The translations under genes were made by a program, and so were the position numbers. A stretch of DNA of 64,000 bases, from contig OZ024744.1 in NCBI GenBank assembly GCA_964016885.1, positions 133,610,001-133,674,000 on the forward strand. Direction: 5' to 3'. The notes under the pieces were generated by a model, which was not told the origin of the DNA, searched no databases, and saw nothing but the letters and a program-made list of their open reading frames with translations. This DNA is from Eledone cirrhosa (taxonomy: Eukaryota). This document shows, in pieces, positions 62,157 to 64,000 of the stretch. Positions within the stretch are counted from its first letter, which is position 1; each line of letters starts with the position of its first letter.

Positions 62157-64000
62157 TAAGTCGGGGTTAAGTTAAGTTGGCGTTAAGTTAAGTTAGGCTT
62201 AACTTAAGTTGGGGTTCAGTTAAGTTGGGGGTAAGTTAAGTTGGGGGTAAGTTAAGTTGGGGTTAAGTTAAGTTGCGGTTAAGTTGGGGTTAAGTTAAGT
62301 TAGGGTTAAGTTAAGTTGGGGTTGAGTTAAGTTGGGGTTAATTAAGTGGTGGTTATGTTAAGTTGGGGTTAAGTTAAGTTGGGGTTAATTTAAATTGGGG
62401 TTAAGTTAACTTTGTGGTTAATTTAAGTTGGGGTTAAGTTAAGTTGGGGTTAAGTTGGGGTTGAGTTAAGTTGGGGTTGAGTGAAGTTGGGGTTAAGTTA
62501 AGTTGGGGTTAAGTTAAGTTGGGGTTAAGTTAGGTCGGGGTTAAGTTAAGTTGTGGTTGAGTTAAGTTGGGGTTAATTTAAGTTGGGGCTAAGTTAATTT
62601 GTGGTTAAGTTAAGTTGGGGTTAAGTTAAGTTGGGGTTAAGTTAAGTTGGGGTTGAGTTAAGTTGGGGTTGAGTTAATTTGGGGTTAAGTTAAGTTGGGG
62701 TTAAATTAAGTTGGGGTTAAATTAAGTTGGGGTTAAGTTACGTTGGGGGTAAGTTAAGTTGGGGGCAAGTTAAGTTGGGGTTAATTTAAGTTGGGGTTAA
62801 ATTAAGTTGGGGTTACGTTAAGTTGGTGTTAAGTTAAGTTGGGGTTAATTTAAGTTGGGGTTAATTAAGTTGGGGTTAAGTTAAGTTGGGGTTAAGTTAA
62901 GTTGGGGTTAATTTAAGTTGGGGTTGAGTTAAGTTGGGGTTAAGTTAAGTTGGGGTTATATTAAGTTGGGGTTAAGTTAAGTTGGGGTTCAGTTAAGTTG
63001 GGGATAAGTTAAGTTGGGGTTAAGTTAAGTTGGGGTTAAGTTAAGGTGGGGTTAAGTTAAGTTGGTGTTAAGTTAAGTTGGGGCTAAGTTAAGTTGGGGC
63101 TGAGTTAAGTTGGGGCTGAGTTAAGTTGGGGTTAAGTTAAGTTGGGGTTGAGTTAAGTTGGGGTTAAGTTAAGTTGGGGTCAAGTTAAGTTGGGGTTAAG
63201 TTGGGGTTAAGTTAAGTTGGGGTTAAGTTAAGTTGGGGTTAAGTTAAGTCGGGGTTAAGTTAAGTTGGGGTTAAGTTAAGTTGGGGTTAATTTAAGTTGG
63301 GGTTAAGTTAAGTTGGGGTTAAGTTAAGTTGGGGTTAAGTTAAGATGGGGTTAAGTTAAGTTGGGGTTAAGTTAAGTTGAGGTTAAGTTAAGTTGGGGTT
63401 AAATTAAGTTGGGGTTAAGTTAAGTTGGGGTTAAGTTAAGTTGGGGTTAAGTTAAGTTGGGGATAAGTTAAGTTGGGGATAATTTAAGTTGGGGTTAAGT
63501 TAAGTTGGGTTTAAGTTAAGTTGGGGTTAAGTTAAGTTGGGGTTAAGTTAAGTTGGGGTTAAGTTAAGTTGGGGTTAAGTTAAGTTGGGGTTAAGTTAAG
63601 TTGGGGCTAAGTTAAGTTGGGGCTGAGTTAAGTTGGGGTTAAGTTAAGTTGGGGTTAAGTTAAGTTGGGGTTAAGTTAAGTTGGGGTTTATTTAAGTTGG
63701 GGTTCAGTTAAGTTGGGGTTAAGTTAAGTTGGGGTTAAGATGGGGTTAAATTAAGTTGGGGTTAAGTTAAGTTGGGGTTAAGTTAAGTTGGGGTTAAGTT
63801 AAGTTGGGGTTAAGTTAAGTCGGGGTTAAGTTAAGTCGGGGTTAAGTTAAGTTAGGGTTCAGTTAAGTTGGGGTTAAGTTAAGTTGGGGTTGAGTTAAGT
63901 TGGGGTTGAGTTAAATTGGGGTTGAGTTAAGTTGGGGTTGAGTTAAGTTGGTGTTGAGTTAAGTTGGGGTTAAGTTAAGTTGGGGTTAAGTTAAGTTGGG

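Larger units (their letters stand above)
1..64000 (+). repeat. Tandem satellite array, 16-bp monomer TTAAGTTAAGTTGGGG (~4,000 copies), running off both ends of the window
   Basis: The monomer is read directly throughout the window. Frequent single-base variants occur (GGGGCTAAG, GGGGCTGAG, GGTG, GGGGATAAG, TCGGGG, TTAATTTAAG), as do length variants (11-mer TTAAGTTGGGG, 15-mer TTAATTAAGTTGGGG). No unique sequence was seen. Confidence 0.99.

Noticed and set aside
1-64000. Protein-coding ORFs on either strand
   Set aside because: TTAA is palindromic and occurs twice per monomer. With a 16-bp period, TAA stops cycle through all six frames within ~48 bp.
1-64000. Repeat protein under a ciliate-type code (TAA/TAG = Gln)
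   Set aside because: Frequent TGA-creating variants (TTGAG, CTGAG) and 11- and 15-bp monomers break frames, and no codon-position pattern is evident in the variants.
1-64000. CRISPR array or other repeat-spacer system
   Set aside because: Monomers are contiguous with no unique spacers, and there is no leader or cas gene.
1-64000. Active telomerase-synthesised telomere tract
   Set aside because: Kilobase-scale ordered variant patterns and internal inversions require DNA-templated copying, and no homogeneous terminal tract is visible.
1-64000. A single regular higher-order repeat period, or information encoded in the variant order
   Set aside because: Marker spacings are irregular (0.14 to 22 kb) and adequately explained by nested duplications and deletions. 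Nothing supports a fixed period or a code.
1-64000. Assignment to a named satellite family, species or centromere function
   Set aside because: I do not recognise the 16-mer with confidence. A database search and CENH3/CENP-A data would be required.

Overview
The whole 64-kb window is non-coding satellite DNA: about 4,000 tandem copies of a 16-bp monomer, consensus TTAAGTTAAGTTGGGG (TTAAG+TTAAG+TTGGGG). The + strand is G/T-rich and has no C in the consensus. I found no unique sequence, genes, RNA genes, transposons or CRISPR arrays. An array of this size is most consistent with eukaryotic heterochromatin (centromeric, pericentromeric or subtelomeric), but the organism cannot be determined from this window. 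The informative structure lies in the variant monomers. (1) Seven copies of one 173-bp inverted-orientation block share the same junctions, and each forms a fold-back palindrome at its left edge. (2) Nested higher-order duplications occur at about 0.2, 0.44, 1.7, 1.8, 2.3, 3.0, 4.0 and 10.7 kb. (3) A distinct variant subfamily occupies 1 to ~7,050. (4) An inversion-free 22-kb zone is explained by expansion of a deletion derivative. (5) A relic segment at ~56-59 kb shares variant states with the most divergent inversion copy. I cannot support a new protein-coding system here. The best candidate for novelty is the telomere-like satellite itself and its propagated palindromic inversion. Coordinates were read by eye, and duplication boundaries are approximate to within one or a few monomers.
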